A DNA stretch of 64,000 nt from Epiperipatus broadwayi (taxonomy: Eukaryota > Animalia > Onychophora). A program made the position numbers and the translations under genes. Of the stretch, positions 39,369 through 53,704 are shown one piece after another. Location of the stretch: the NCBI GenBank assembly GCA_028023455.1, contig JAQFVV010000003.1, forward strand, positions 868,001 to 932,000. Direction: 5' to 3'. How positions within the stretch are numbered: position 1 is the first letter of the stretch; every line of letters starts with the position of its first letter. A model generated the notes under the pieces. It searched no databases. It saw only the letters and a list, made by a program, of their open reading frames with translations, and was not told the DNA's origin.

Positions 39369-40999
39369 CTTCTCCTAATGTCTATAATCTTCCATTTGAT
39401 ATATAAGGATAATAATAAGTTTATGGTTTTTGAAGGAAAAAAAATGATTGGATATAAAAGTAAAGGGAAATAAAAGATTAAATGTAAAAAAAGGATGGTG
39501 ACATGTATAGCATTATTTCTGTATCTATGATCTGCAACTTTTGTATCTATGGTTTTAGTTATCAGCAATTCAAAAAAATAGTAAATAAAATATTTAAAAA
39601 TTAAAAATTAATTTTAAAAAATAAATTTTATTTGTTTATTCACTAAGAAAATACAGAATGTATTCACATCAATATATACATATATATGTGCATGTGTGTA
39701 ATATACATTTTCAACATGTATATACAAATGTAGACATATCTTTAGGTAAATTTCAAGATTAAATCTACAAAATGACTATTATTAATAACAATTGATATAC
39801 CATTTAGTTACAGCATAAGACAATAAGGCAATGGTTTTAGCAATATAAAAGTAGGTGTCTATTATTATACATCATGTTTACCCATATATATATATATATA
39901 TATATATTTACCCATATATATATATATATATATATATATATGGGGGGGTGTAAAAACCCATATTATAATATGATTGACTATAAATTCAAATTTTAATAAT
40001 TGCATCAAGGCTTGGAACCAAATGTCTCAATTTCTTGAGAACTACTGTAAATAAAATAGCAAAAGATATGTTTTATTTTATAATAGAATTTAAAGTCTAT
40101 ATTTAAAGTTGTAAAAAATATGATTTCTGAGTCTAATAAAAATGATTTAAAAATTATTTATATATTAATTAAAAGGATATTAGTATTAATGAGTTTTGAT
40201 AGAAATATAATATTTGAAAGCAGCAATTGTGCAATATATGTTGTATAAATATTGAACAACAGCAGATAACATTTGGGAATATGTAGGTGACAATCTAACT
40301 GAAAAGATGTGGTTGGATCAAATGCATGTTAGAGTCATGAAATTTTTTTACATTGTCTACAATAAGAATGACAATTATGTTTCATCCAAAACAAATACTA
40401 TATCAGTAGCAACAGTAAATAGAAATAATAAAATGTTGTTTTGACTGATTTTATTTTATTTTTTAAAAACTATTTGAGTATAAAAACTGTCAATTGTAGC
40501 TCAATTAGAGATATTCCTTTAAAAAAAGACAATGATAAATGAAGAATTTGCCTTTTAGAAACTTGAAAACTAATCAAACAATATTTCATTCAATAGAAAT
40601 GTCATTCATAAGATCATTAGAGGTTGCCATTTCATCTAAAATAATACCTTTCATGGTTTAATGCAGTAGTAGAATATTCCCTTCTATGATTCTCAGATCA
40701 ATTTCAGTTTTGGCATTTCTAGTGCTTAAATTTCTTATAAACTACCAAGCAATAACACCTTTAAGATTATATACTTTTATCTAAAATAATAATATATTAC
40801 TTGGATTGTTTTAAAGCTTAATCTGAAACATAACATATGTACATTACTTTAAAAACCCTTGGAATGATTTTGAATATCAGGCCATTAGCTTAATAGTATA
40901 AAAGAATTGAAGATGGCTACTGAATGTATAGATGCAAGATTAAAGTTTCTCACTGGCAAAATCCAACACCTAATGTCTTTTTATTTTTCAAACATATAA

Positions 41000-41889
41000 T
41001 ATATGGCTCTGGGATAGAGCAAATATAGTAAATTAACTACTCCCAAAATATATGTTTATAGTAATTTCATCACACTATAAACATTAAGCATTAGGGAAAT
41101 TGACTGACAGGTGACCCCAATGGCCACATGAATAGATTTGTGGCTTTAATCACTTACACAGAGGTGATGTGTGGCTTTCTAGTCAGTAAATTGGATGGCT
41201 ATGATGGTAGTATCAATGTTTTATTGAGTTTTACTTTGAAAATTCAAAATTATTGGTATAGATTGGGATGGGGTATTTTTTAAATAGATTGGCTGTAGTT
41301 GAGACCACCTTTCTGAAAGACTCCATCAATTTTTTGAAGTCTTGAATGCTATATCCCAGGTAAGTATTTTTTAAAAAACCCTTTTATCCTAACTATAGTT
41401 TTGAAACAGTTTCTTTTACTTGAATCATAGAATTTAATAGCAAGATATCTTGGATTGGGGAGGTCTGCAAGTCAACCACAGAGTTTCACAGTTTATGTAA
41501 ATTGAGAGCCTCATATTATAATGGTTGGGAATCAATATAGGGAACAATTAAAGTTTGTGGCAGATGAAATTATTGAGCAATCAGAAAAGAATCATTGAAC
41601 CTTTCATTAATATTGCTTAATATTTCTGTTATCAATGTAACATGGGGAAAAGGGAAGCAAGGTTTTCTACATTGTCTTGATTAGATAAGTCAAGGTTTTT
41701 AATATCATTACATGTAGATTTTCTAAATCTACAGAATATCTTTAAATTTGGAATACTAAGGTTGGTTTTAATAATATTATCATAGATGTTTTTTGAGCTG
41801 ATGGAATTGTTGTCAACCTCTTTTTCACATGAATAGCTGACAGTCACAAACATATTTATAATAGATTGTTCTACATGCACAAATGGAAG

Positions 41890-41973
<84 letters not shown>

Positions 41974-42320
41974 TATTATTAAGTTTTTCGTTTTTAATTA
42001 AAAAGTTATAAAACATGCCACTTCTGGTGATGTTTTTATATGAGATTTGGAGGTTTGAATCTAGATAACTTTTAGTTGACATGCAGATGATGTCAAGATT
42101 TTCTGCAGAACTCTTACTACTAGTACCACTACTACTGCTGCTGCTAATGTTCCTACTGGTACTATTACTACCACTACTGTTATTATTAATATTGTTGTTG
42201 GCACCCTCATTATATAATATATATGCATGTGTGAATCCATGTATATGATTAATAATGCACAATGTTATGACTTTTTTGTAAATTTCTAGTGTTTTTATAT
42301 GTGAGTCGATGGTTTTCATA
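41000..42320 (-). mobile_element. Decayed non-LTR retrotransposon ORF2 (APE endonuclease region) interrupted by microsatellites
   Basis: ORF 41825-42319 contains NLDIICMSTKSYLDS (cf. APE D.I.ltETWLD). ORF 41632-41880 contains TCNDIKNLDLS (cf. TR..N.LDL). Interrupted by (TA)n and AGT/AAT repeats. Confidence 0.45.
41891..41968. repeat. (TA)n microsatellite
   Basis: Direct reading. Confidence 0.98.
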
Positions 42321-42549
42321 AAAACTAAACTGATTGACTGATCTAATTTTTTTTCTTACAACCTGTTATAGCTTATCAAAATCCAATCAATTGTCATCCA
42401 AGCTCTATAAAGTGTTTATTAATAAATAACTGTATTAGACACCTACTTTCAGACCTTTGATAATGTCTGCTTTTTAATAACACAGGAATGGCAATGTCAT
42501 GATTATTAATTATTACTGCAAATAGAGAAATGGAAAACAAAGAAAATGA

Positions 42550-42656
<107 letters not shown>

Positions 42657-45564
42657 TTAATGCTACAACATATTTTGCTGCATTTTTTTGATAAAAATTT
42701 TATTGCAAATTTGATAACATTAAGAACTGTTTCTTTCCCTCTCTCGCTATCCAAAACTAATTTTACAAACTAGTTTTTTATGTGTTTGTATAGACATATC
42801 TGTATGAGAGAAAATATAATGAAACTTACATGCATACACTGGAATAAAATATTTAATTATTGAGGTTTTTAGAATTAAAATGCTATTCATTATTAATGTT
42901 ATGTTTGACATTAACACTTGCTGATTGTTAGCTTTAATATTTGACATTTACATTTAATGTGTGGTATAGCTACACATACTATATATATATATATATTGTA
43001 ACCAGTTGAATTACATAGACCCACTAATATAGTGTGTGTGCATGAATATATATATATAAAGTTGAAAGGAAAACTAAAAATAAACACAGACAAAAATTAT
43101 AGTAGATATTTTCTACATTCATTGAAATAAATAAAAAAATAATAATAATAACTCTGATTTAAAATATTGTTTTATAAATTAGTATTTTAAAAAGGTCTGA
43201 ATAAATATAAATATTGCATTATTATTATTATTACTCTGATTTTGAAATTTAAAAACACCCTATTTTTGAATTTTAATTAATTAAATAAAATTTCTATTTA
43301 TTAGAAATCCCCTAAGTAAAAACATGTATATGAAGGGATTAGTGAGATAAAAATAGAAACTCTGTTTTTAATCAAAGTGTTGTTAACACCTCAGATGATT
43401 TTATAAAAAGAGCTGATAACAAATTATCTCCAGTCTGGATAATAATTTTTGTAAGAACAGTCAGCTGAAAATTGGTTTCAATATTTTACTGCAACTTGAT
43501 AAAGTGCAGCAGTTGGTTTTAGCTGACCAGAGAGTTTGCAGAGAAACTACCATGAACTAATGTTGCTGAAGACAGGAGCTGCTACTATTTTCCTCCACAG
43601 GAGTTTTGGTTTTGAAGCTGGGTCACTTCTGAATCAATAGCCTGAAAAAAAGGGGGGACAAAATAGCTAGCAGAGTTATATAAAGCTTCTATGAAGATCT
43701 AAGGGAGTACAGTCCAGTAGCTGCCTTATAGTTTACTGCAGTTTTGATTCATGAAGCCAGAGTCACTTCAAATGCATCAACTAGCTGATTAAATATGTTC
43801 TAGAAGACAGCTTGACAAATGCTTGGACTACAAAAGTAAGCTCATGGTATGCCAACTAATTACTTGGATAATTTTACCTGAAGATGACAACAAACCTATA
43901 TTACATTTTCTGATGGACCAAAAACCAAGCTTACCAAGAGAAAGCTTGAAGGAATTGGTGTACTGATGCTACTGTTCATCTATGCAAGCAGGAAACCACA
44001 GATAAATACATTGCATGTGTATACATTGAGTTGTATTTTTTTAAATATTCTTATAAAAGACATTTTAACTTCGTAACTGAAAGTAAAATTTGCTCCAGTC
44101 AAATGTTTAAAAGAGAGACGATTTGCTATATATATTTTGCTAAGAAATAATTTTCATATTCATTACAAAAAAAAAAAGGAATATATAATTTAAATGCAAG
44201 CATAATTTTGTTTGAATTAAAATCGAAAAAGCAAATCTTTTAAATTGGTCCAAAAAAAATTGACTATACTTTTGAGAACTTATAGATTGAAACTAATTTT
44301 AAATTGTATCTATATTTTGTTTATACACACGTATAGGTAGGAAATTTATGTATTAGAAAATTATAATATTATTATAACAAATTGGAATAGATAAAAGTCA
44401 GTGTGCGTACATACACGCACACTCATATATGTAAAATTTTAATACTTTTTTTATATTAAATGTCAGTTCATTTATTGAATATTAATTGTATATTATAAAT
44501 CGTGCGTCTGTGCATGTTATATGTAAACTATAGTAATAATATGAATTGTGATTTTGTAAATTAATGTAACAATTTGAATTTTGAATGGTAAATATTTTCA
44601 ATTAATGTAATAACTTGAATTTTGTAGCAATATTGTAAATTGCAGTATAATGACTTATTATTATATATTATTCAAAATCAGACCTTAAATATCTTTTTTT
44701 TTATTGTTATTAATAAATGTATTTAATTGTTAAAAATTGTATTCCATCATCTCTTGTTCACATACAGTAATAGAGCCCATATTCTCTGAGCTAGATTTCG
44801 GACACGGATAAATGGGGATGTGTTTGGTGCTTTGGGCATCCAGAGATGATTAATCATCATCCTGGTTGGCGCAAAAGAGGATACTCTTTAAAGCCCATGC
44901 ACTATTATTTTTTATTTTACTTTAGCCTTTATTAAAAATTTAAGTTTATAGTTGTCCAGTACAAGTGGCCCGAGCATTGATGATGACCAGCATGTTTTAA
45001 ATGTACCAGCATTATTGTTTAGAGTTTTTGATTCTTGTGTATTTTAATGGATGGGCACTAAGATGGTGCATCCAAATTATGTTTATATAATTGCCCAAGC
45101 TGTCAAAGGCTCAATAGTTAGCCTGGTCTACAGAAGACCCATTTCCAATCCAGTCATAAGGTTGACTGTTGATTTATATTTTTATGGTTCAAATCCAGCC
45201 ACAAGATGGTCTGTGATTTTATTCTGATTTATTGTACTAATTTGTTTATTCCCATCATGGATGGTTCTTTTAATATTTACTTATACTTACTTTGACTTAT
45301 TATAATGCTGGTTGAATTTATAATTATGCTTTTAGTTGCTCTTCTTAGTTAACTGGTTGATCTCTCAATGCTCACAGAGATTTTCTAATCTCATATTCTT
45401 ATAAATATTCACTTAAATATTTATACTTAAATATACTTTTGTTAAATATTGATATTTGTAAATATTTCATTTTAAATGGACTGGGAGTGATGATGTTTCC
45501 ATCACCCCAGTTCAATTTTACTTTCCACCAACTTACCACTCCCTATCACCCACCCCATCCCATT

Positions 45565-45601
<37 letters not shown>

Positions 45602-45632
45602 GATGGAGATTTCTTTATATATACGATCTTAC

Positions 45633-45668
<36 letters not shown>

Positions 45669-46779
45669 GGTACTATAAAGAAACTAATACTGTATTATTA
45701 TCTAAGCCTTATGAGTGGTAATTTGTGGATTTGCAATCTTTTGATCACTGTAAATTGCTTCATTCTAATTCTAGGGATCAGTAAAATTTAGGAACAATGT
45801 TATTCCTATATAGTTAATAGCTTATTTTATTAAATTTTGGGTACCACTTATTTTATTACATTTTGGATGCCACCATATTGTAGCACTGACCAATATACCG
45901 ATGGCAAAGCGTAAATCCACATTTATTGTCACATATAAAAATCTATGTTCATAAAAAAGGGAAGCCATTATGATTATCAGAATATTAATGATGAAAACAC
46001 AATCATCAATGAAATATCAAGATTTTATGTAACACCTATAAATTTGATGACAGTAAATGAAAATAACAATAATCGAAAAATAATTAAATTCACTAAATAT
46101 TAAATACAAAACTCATAATAAAAATTATTTTTTCAAGTTGGCTATTATCAAATAGTTCAAATAAAATAGATAATTATTCCTTTATTTAAAAAATATGATG
46201 TTATTATAAATATGTTCCTGTCTTATATCTATAAGAAAGTATAATTAATTTCTTAATATTCTCATCATGGCCTAAAGAGACAGTTTGATTTATGACTCAA
46301 AATGTTGTAATAGTAATCAAAAATGCCTTTTCTTATTATTACAATCATTATTAATAAATAAATGCTTGATAAACAAAAATAAAATATGTATTCTATTCTA
46401 ACTAAACACATGTTGAAGATAAAACTAGATCTTTACATCAGTTAAATGGAAGTTTTACAATGAATTATTTAAAATATAACTAGTCCAAAAATATTCTTAA
46501 TACAAAATTGCAGATTCATACATTTGGCAGTCTTTTTCTGCTTCATTTAGAAAATATTATTAAACTTATGACTTTAATTATAGCCCCGTACATATTCTGA
46601 TCACATGAAAAAATATATCTGACCAAAAACAAAACTCCTTGAGTATATGTGGTAAAAGGAGAGTTATAAGAATATTTTTCCACAAGATAAAAATTGGAAT
46701 AGAGTTGATTAATTATTTATTGTGGTTGTATTTGATAATAATAGATAAATTCATCTTTAATTAAAGATTAAGATGTATC

Positions 46780-47100
46780 TCTGGGCAAGAAATGAAATGA
46801 TAAAAATGTGTTTGGAAAATTTGATACTGGTAAAATTTTTAGATAAATATAATGAAAAAGAGTAGTCTTGCAGTCAACTCAGGTATGCTTTACACTCAAC
46901 ATGTTTGAATGGTATTTAATGGATTAGAAGAAACCTTAGAGATTTATCATCATTATATTTTAAGAAGCTACTATGATAGTACAATTCCAATATTAGATGT
47001 TTCTGTAGATTTTAAATTTCAGCTCACTTACAGGCAAAAAACCTCTTAAAACATAACTGCCTCATCTCTTTTACAAACTCTTAAGACATTTCAAACTTTA
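46780..47100 (+). mobile_element. Penelope-like RT remnant
   Basis: Broken translation gives ..YLMD*KKP/NGLEET, then IPILDVSVDFKFQLTYRQK, resembling the Penelope LPFLDV..VYRKPT motifs. Confidence 0.3.
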
Positions 47101-49874
47101 ATGTTTACCAGATATTTTTAAGAATTGTTTTAGAATAAACAAAAACATAGTTTAGTAGTAATTATAAGCTGAATTATTTCTATCATCTGATATTAAATAT
47201 TAAATGTCTTTGGAAAATTCAAAACTTAATTTAAACTTTATAGCCCACAGGTTTGTACATAACCAAACATTTCAAGTGGTATTTTTATTAACAGTGAATG
47301 CATGTGGAAAGGTTGAATAAAGTTTAAATTTTTCTAAAGGCATTCAGTATTTTATATTAGATGATGGAAGTAGTCCAACATATAATTAGTCCTAAATGCC
47401 TTCATCACAAACTGGTTGACAAAAATGTTTTGTTTTAATTATCTTATCCTATGTTTTTAAAATTAGAATAATCATAGTTTTATAAATATGTTTAATTATT
47501 TTGCCATTCTTTGACGGATATATAAATTGAAAAACATATTTTTCAATTTAAAAATAATGTAATTAAAATATGTTTTTGATTTTTAATTATAAATTTAATA
47601 AGTAACAGTAAAAAAAAATACATTCTTAAAGTATGCATAAATAGATAATCAATTGTTAATCAATAAATTTCACTTTTTGGTAAATATCTATTTAAAAAAT
47701 GAAAATTATGTAATATGTTTGGAAACATAAAAATAATATATTTTATTTAAAAAATAATTTAAAAAATAATATATTTAGAAAACAAACAATGAGTGAACAA
47801 GAATTTTTTTTAATGCATGTAAATAAAAAGATTCTAGAAGAATGATTAAATTAGTTTTAGCCATCTTTACTAATTTAATGTTTTAGATAATTACATTATT
47901 GACCTTTTTTTTCAATCATTGTTTGTTCAATATAAATATTATTCTTGGATTTATTTTCTAAATAAATTATTTTATTTTCATGCTTTTTAACATATTATTT
48001 TTATGTATTTTTGCTTTGACTTCATTTAAGCCATTTGCTGTGATCATTAATAAAAAATTTCACTGGATGGCAGCATTAATCATACTTACTAAAAATATTT
48101 GTTTTTCAATAATTGTTTGTTCATATATGACATTATTTTCAGGTTTGTTTTTTAACTGTATTGTATTATTTTTATATTTTAAAACATATTTTGATGTTTT
48201 CAATTTTTTACAAAAGATATGGCATGTATCAAATATGTAATTCTTGTCTATTTTGATATGTGAACAGTGTCTCCACCAATGCAATTAGCATAAAAATTTA
48301 ATATAACACATGATTAAAATATTTCTATTATTTCATTATTTTAACCATCATATAACTTCTACCTTACTTAACTGTGAAGGTTCAATAACCATCATAAATA
48401 ATAATTCTGCTTCTATATATATATAGTATAATTAAATATAAAATAATTTACTTTAAATCATGTTAATTTATTCAAAATCATTTTACCAATGCGTTATTAA
48501 TATCCCCCAACTAAAGGCTGTTTAAACAAAGCTGACACTTAGATATTGTTTACAGTATCATCTGATTTTTTACTATTTAAATGAAGATGATTCTAGACTG
48601 TGCAAAGAGAGGTCATGTCTGTTAAAGTTAGATACAATAAAGAATGTAATCTAAATAACATTTATTAAAGGTGAGTTATCTTTTTTGCAAGCAAATCCAG
48701 AAGCATTACTATGAGCAATGTTTGAAAAGCAATTTCAGTAGAATGGATATGGCCTGATGCTAATGATCGATTTTAGTGTTAAGAATTAAAGGATCAATTG
48801 TTATATTAATATGATGCTGCGATCAGTTTGACATTCAACCAATTATTTCTGCAAGGTATTGGTTCTTAGAATAGTTTAAAAAATATCACTCAATACTTAT
48901 TTATTAGTATATAATATAGTAATTTAAATATCACTCAATATCTTTTTTACTTAAGTAACCAATTGCAGCTATCAGAGCTATCAGATCTGAATAGCTGCTG
49001 GTATAATATGGTTAGTTCTTCTGTCGATATCTTTTAAATGCCCAGTTAAATTTTTTTTTTTCCAAAAATTAAATTCAGTAGACTACACCAATAACTTCAT
49101 AGTAAAATAAATAAATCCATATGGCTTTATTGGTCGGGAGTTCGTAAGAATTTCTACGCCAGAATATTTCGGACGCTCTGCCAACTGTGTAAAACCGCTC
49201 TCTACACTTCATAATATATGTATATACATTACTTTTAATTCATTTTATGATTTATGTTTTGTAATACATACTCTATTTGTTTTTTTTTGTTTTTTTATGT
49301 CAAAGCGAATTCTTATTTATATTTGATAAGAAAAAACAATAACTAACTTAATTCTAAATTCGAGATTAGGAAAAAACAGTAATAATTACCTAAAGTTTAA
49401 TGCAAAAGAATCTTTTTTTTTAATTACTCCACTTACACTTTTTTTTCATTAGTTCAGAAGTGTGTTTAATTATCATAAAATTAATTGCATGTTTAATGAA
49501 GGCTTGTCAAATGTTGCATTAGAAAGGAAAAGGATTTATCAAAACTAAATTTAGATTTTGCCTTCTCATCTTTAAAAAAAAACATGATAGTGCTTTCTAT
49601 TAATATTAACTAATAGCCATAATAATGAAGATAAAGGATTGTAGAGGAACATGCGATATTAAATTTAATAAAAATAATTTATATTTCATTTTGTATTAAA
49701 ATCTTAACTAACTAGCGATAATATTGAAGAATACAATAAAATAATTTTAATTGCAAGACTTTAAATTGTTAAGATATATAGTAAGATAAACTATTGTACA
49801 TATTGTAAAATAAACAATTGTATGATTTGTTGCCTGGGAAGTAATGTGATATGTATATATTGTATATATCTCAA

Positions 49875-49946
49875 AACGTTGACCGGGCAGCGAACCCGGG
49901 CCCGCTGTTTGGAAGGCCGCGATGCTAACCGCTAGGCCACCAACGT
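49875..49946 (-). pseudogene. tRNA-Gly(TCC) pseudogene or tRNA-like gene
   Basis: ACGTTGGTGGCCTAGCGGTTAGCATCGCGGCCTTCCAAACAGCGGGCCCGGGTTCGCTGCCCGGTCAACGTT (72 nt). Acceptor stem and T stem pair and the anticodon is TCC, but the anticodon stem has two mismatches and the T loop is TTCGCTG instead of TTCGATT. Confidence 0.8.
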
Positions 49947-52900
49947 TTGACTGGTAATTTGATATTTGAGCATCAAATTGATTAAGCTCAACTCTTCCAG
50001 TCAATTGACCAGACTGATAATATTTTTCATGTCCTTAATTTAGAATTAATTTATGAATTAATTTGGATATTGAGTTGCATCTTTACTAAAAGTTTTACCT
50101 TTAATGGAATGAGAATTTACCAGAAATTGTTTGTGATACTTCTAAGATAATATATCTTTTAAAAGAGAGTTATATATGTGTACTTTTTTATTAATATTGT
50201 TATTTTTTGTTTGTATATATTTTTTAAGTATTTATATTAATTATTTGTTTTTATTTTGTATATATATTTTTGGTGATTTGCAAACCATTCCATTTGCTGA
50301 AATATGCATATTTTTATTTCGCTATAAAGACAATTAACTATCTATCTATTTATCTATATACTATTGTATTAAGATTAATATGTATATTAATATAACATCA
50401 AATCCTGATGAAATAACTAGTTGTGAAGAAGATGGTGGTGACACATGACCATCATTGAGGTTAATTTGTTTTCATAACTCAATTTATTTTAGCATTTTGG
50501 ACTTATCATTCCATTATAGAAATTAATGATTGCACTCATCAAAAATAAGGAAAAAATTGCAATGCTAACACTCTGCAATAATAGAGTTTGCAACAAGTAT
50601 TTTGTTAAGCTATTTAATGTAGAATCAAGTCACAAATTGAATAATTAGATTAAACCTAATGTAAAATAATATTTTTAATTATTCTAAATAAGTAAAAGTT
50701 GTCCAGTTGAAATTTATAAATTAAAATTTAGTTTCATCAAAATGATTTTAGTAAATCATTACTATCAAATTTTATACATTTGAGTTTATATGTTTTTTAA
50801 ACTTTTAAACTTCTCAAAAGAAAAAATGACTCACTTCATTGGCATTGCAGTTGGGCTTAGGGTGACTGAGTTGTGTTTATATATATTATTTAATTGATGA
50901 ATTTATATTTATTTGACAGAAAAACATGAAGTAAAATGTGAATTCATTGATTTTAATTCCAATTAAAATACCTAGATGTCAGTATTTTTTAGTAAAAAAT
51001 TAAACAAAGTCAAGAAGGTAGATTTCTTTTCACTTGAAAGTACTAGTGATTATGTGGCAGGTCTTTTTTTAAAATCATGAAATTAGAAATATAAGCTTAT
51101 ATATAGTTTGATACATGTTATTTTTACTTTTTGAAAATTAAACAAAATATTTGTTTATTAGTTAATATATGATTTTTGAATTGAATAAATTTTATTTGAA
51201 CACATTTATTTTTAGCAGAAATTTAATCAACTGAAAATTATTAATGTCAAATAGGAAAAGCATAGTGGCACACAAGAAACACTTCATAATGTATTAATTT
51301 TATTTAAACTTGCCATGATAATATCACCCTTAGGATATTACAAGATTTAATGCATTTTTTGTTTTTATTAACTGCCATTTGACAAATAATAATATCTGGT
51401 GTAAATTGATTTTTACTTTTTATTTCAATTTTTTTATAATGTCAATTGGAAAAATGTAAATACTATATACAAAAGAAAAAAACAGAATATTTTAGTGATC
51501 ATCCTAAATAAAAAACAATTAACATGTGTTTACTCTGAAGAGAAACAAGAATAATAAACATACCATGTTCTAATAAATACTGATGCTCCTTAGAAAGTAG
51601 CTCTAATGGTGCTTGTTATGTGCTTTGATCAAAACAAGTGAATCTCAGTGGAACTTTCTGAAATTCACCAAATGGGATGTTCTTAGAACTACCATAATTA
51701 GTAACTCCTTTGAATAGAATCTCCAACATTTATTTAAATGAGTATTTTTAAAAACAGTTTAATTGGTTATATTTACATAATAATTATGAAAAATATTAAA
51801 TGATAGTTATACTAATGAAGCTTTCAAGCACAAATTTAATAATTCATTGGGGGGGGGGGCTGCTGGAGCCACACAGTGCCTATTGTATCAGCAACCACTA
51901 AAAGAATTTTTTGTGAATTTAGGCAATTAAACATTTTTAATTATGGTGCTTACTAAATGATAAAGAATTAAATAACACTTTATATTGACAATATTATCTG
52001 GAAATTTTATTGTTTGATAAATTCAAAGTTTATTCATTTATTACTTATTATTTTATTATCTTTTTACTTTTGTCTTATTTTTTTTAAATTTTAGATACTA
52101 TTTAATTAATACATTGTTACAAATTTCTTAGTTTTTTTTTTTTGCCTGAGAGTTGACTATAGATGTGTTGTTTTTCCATGCTTGCATTGACTTTCTTTCA
52201 ATCCTGATGATATTAGAAAGAGCAGTGTCTGCACCATCACCCCATAAATTAATTTTACAATTTTTTTAACATTGTCTAAAATTGTTACTCTTCCATTGAC
52301 TTGTAAGACTATTACTAGAAATATCCATTTTAGTAACTAATAGTACACATCTAGAAGGTTTTTATTTAACAATTCTTATATTTAAACCACAATTTATAAA
52401 TATGATAGATTATTACATTAGCTAATACACTATTCAGATGTCAGTAAACTTTCTGATTACCAAGCTTTTCTTTGTAAGATGTACAAATAATCAAAGAATA
52501 GTGAAAATTCACAAGGTCATTTGACATACCATTAACTTTGCAGTTTTGTGCATGTCTCAAAATCATCTATATTCTCTACCTGCAATGCAAAATGACACAT
52601 GAATGTGTCATTGCAAACTTACAAATAGCTTAAGTTTATGGTAACCAGTACTAAAGGCTTAGTAATAGAGCATTATTGTTACTGAGTAACATTTTGAACT
52701 ATTGATATTTCAAGTTTAAAGGCATATATTAGTTTTTATTAACATTGAATACAAAAATGTAAAGACTATACTTCAATTTTTTTGATAAGATTCATACATT
52801 TTAGTTTTAAGAGTTACATCAAAAAATATATTAAGAGTATCAAACTCTCCATACAGTGATATTTTGATGGTTGTAAAAACATATATTCTGTTTGATAAGT

Positions 52901-53704
52901 AATTTTTATGACTTATATAAAAGTATATATTAAATTATACAATTAACAAAATTATATCCTCAGCTCAAAATCTATTATCATTCATTAATAATGATTAAGT
53001 AAAATAACATTTCTTAAAAATTAAAAAAAAAGTTTCTATTTATAGTCTATATGTCTAGAGTCACTCTTAGTAAAAATAAACATTTGAATTCTTTAAAAGA
53101 GTTGTAAGGTATGAAAATATCTATCTTTATCCTCTCCAACCCTAATATAATATCTTTTCAGTCTCCAATCCCCAAACCATCTTTTCAGCACTAATGTATT
53201 TCTTTCACTTTTTTTATCTTATGTTAATAAAAGCTGTTTGCTTATTCCAATACACTATCCTCACATTTTCTATTTTTAAAGAAAGACTTAGAAAAAAAAC
53301 ATCATAACACAAAATCTCTATTTCTTTGTTCTCTTCATTATGCTGTTTTTTTTTTTATTTATCACACAAAATTCTCTCAATCTTTTTTTTATGAGCTCAG
53401 AATATTGGAGTGCTTCTGGTGAGTTCTATATATGTCAAGATATTAGATAATATAAGTAGATTACCATTAATATGAACATCACTAATTTTAAAACTTCTAT
53501 TATCTGATCAATAATGTGAAGTAACGATTTATTATTTTAATTATTTCTACATAATAAATGTTGCATTGATATAAATGTAAACATATTACATATTTTAAAT
53601 TGTCATTATTATTAATAAAATAAACATATACAATTTACTAAAAGTATTTTCTTATATACAAACTATAGATAATAAAATTATATTTATTTAAATTTATAAC
53701 AGAG

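Noticed and set aside
44401-44422. GTGTGCGTACATACACGCACAC hairpin as a Helitron 3' end
   Set aside because: No CTRR terminus at the expected distance and no matching 5' TC end identified.
49875-49946. Functional tRNA-Gly gene
   Set aside because: Two anticodon-stem mismatches and loss of the conserved T-loop A; kept only as a pseudogene or tRNA-like call.
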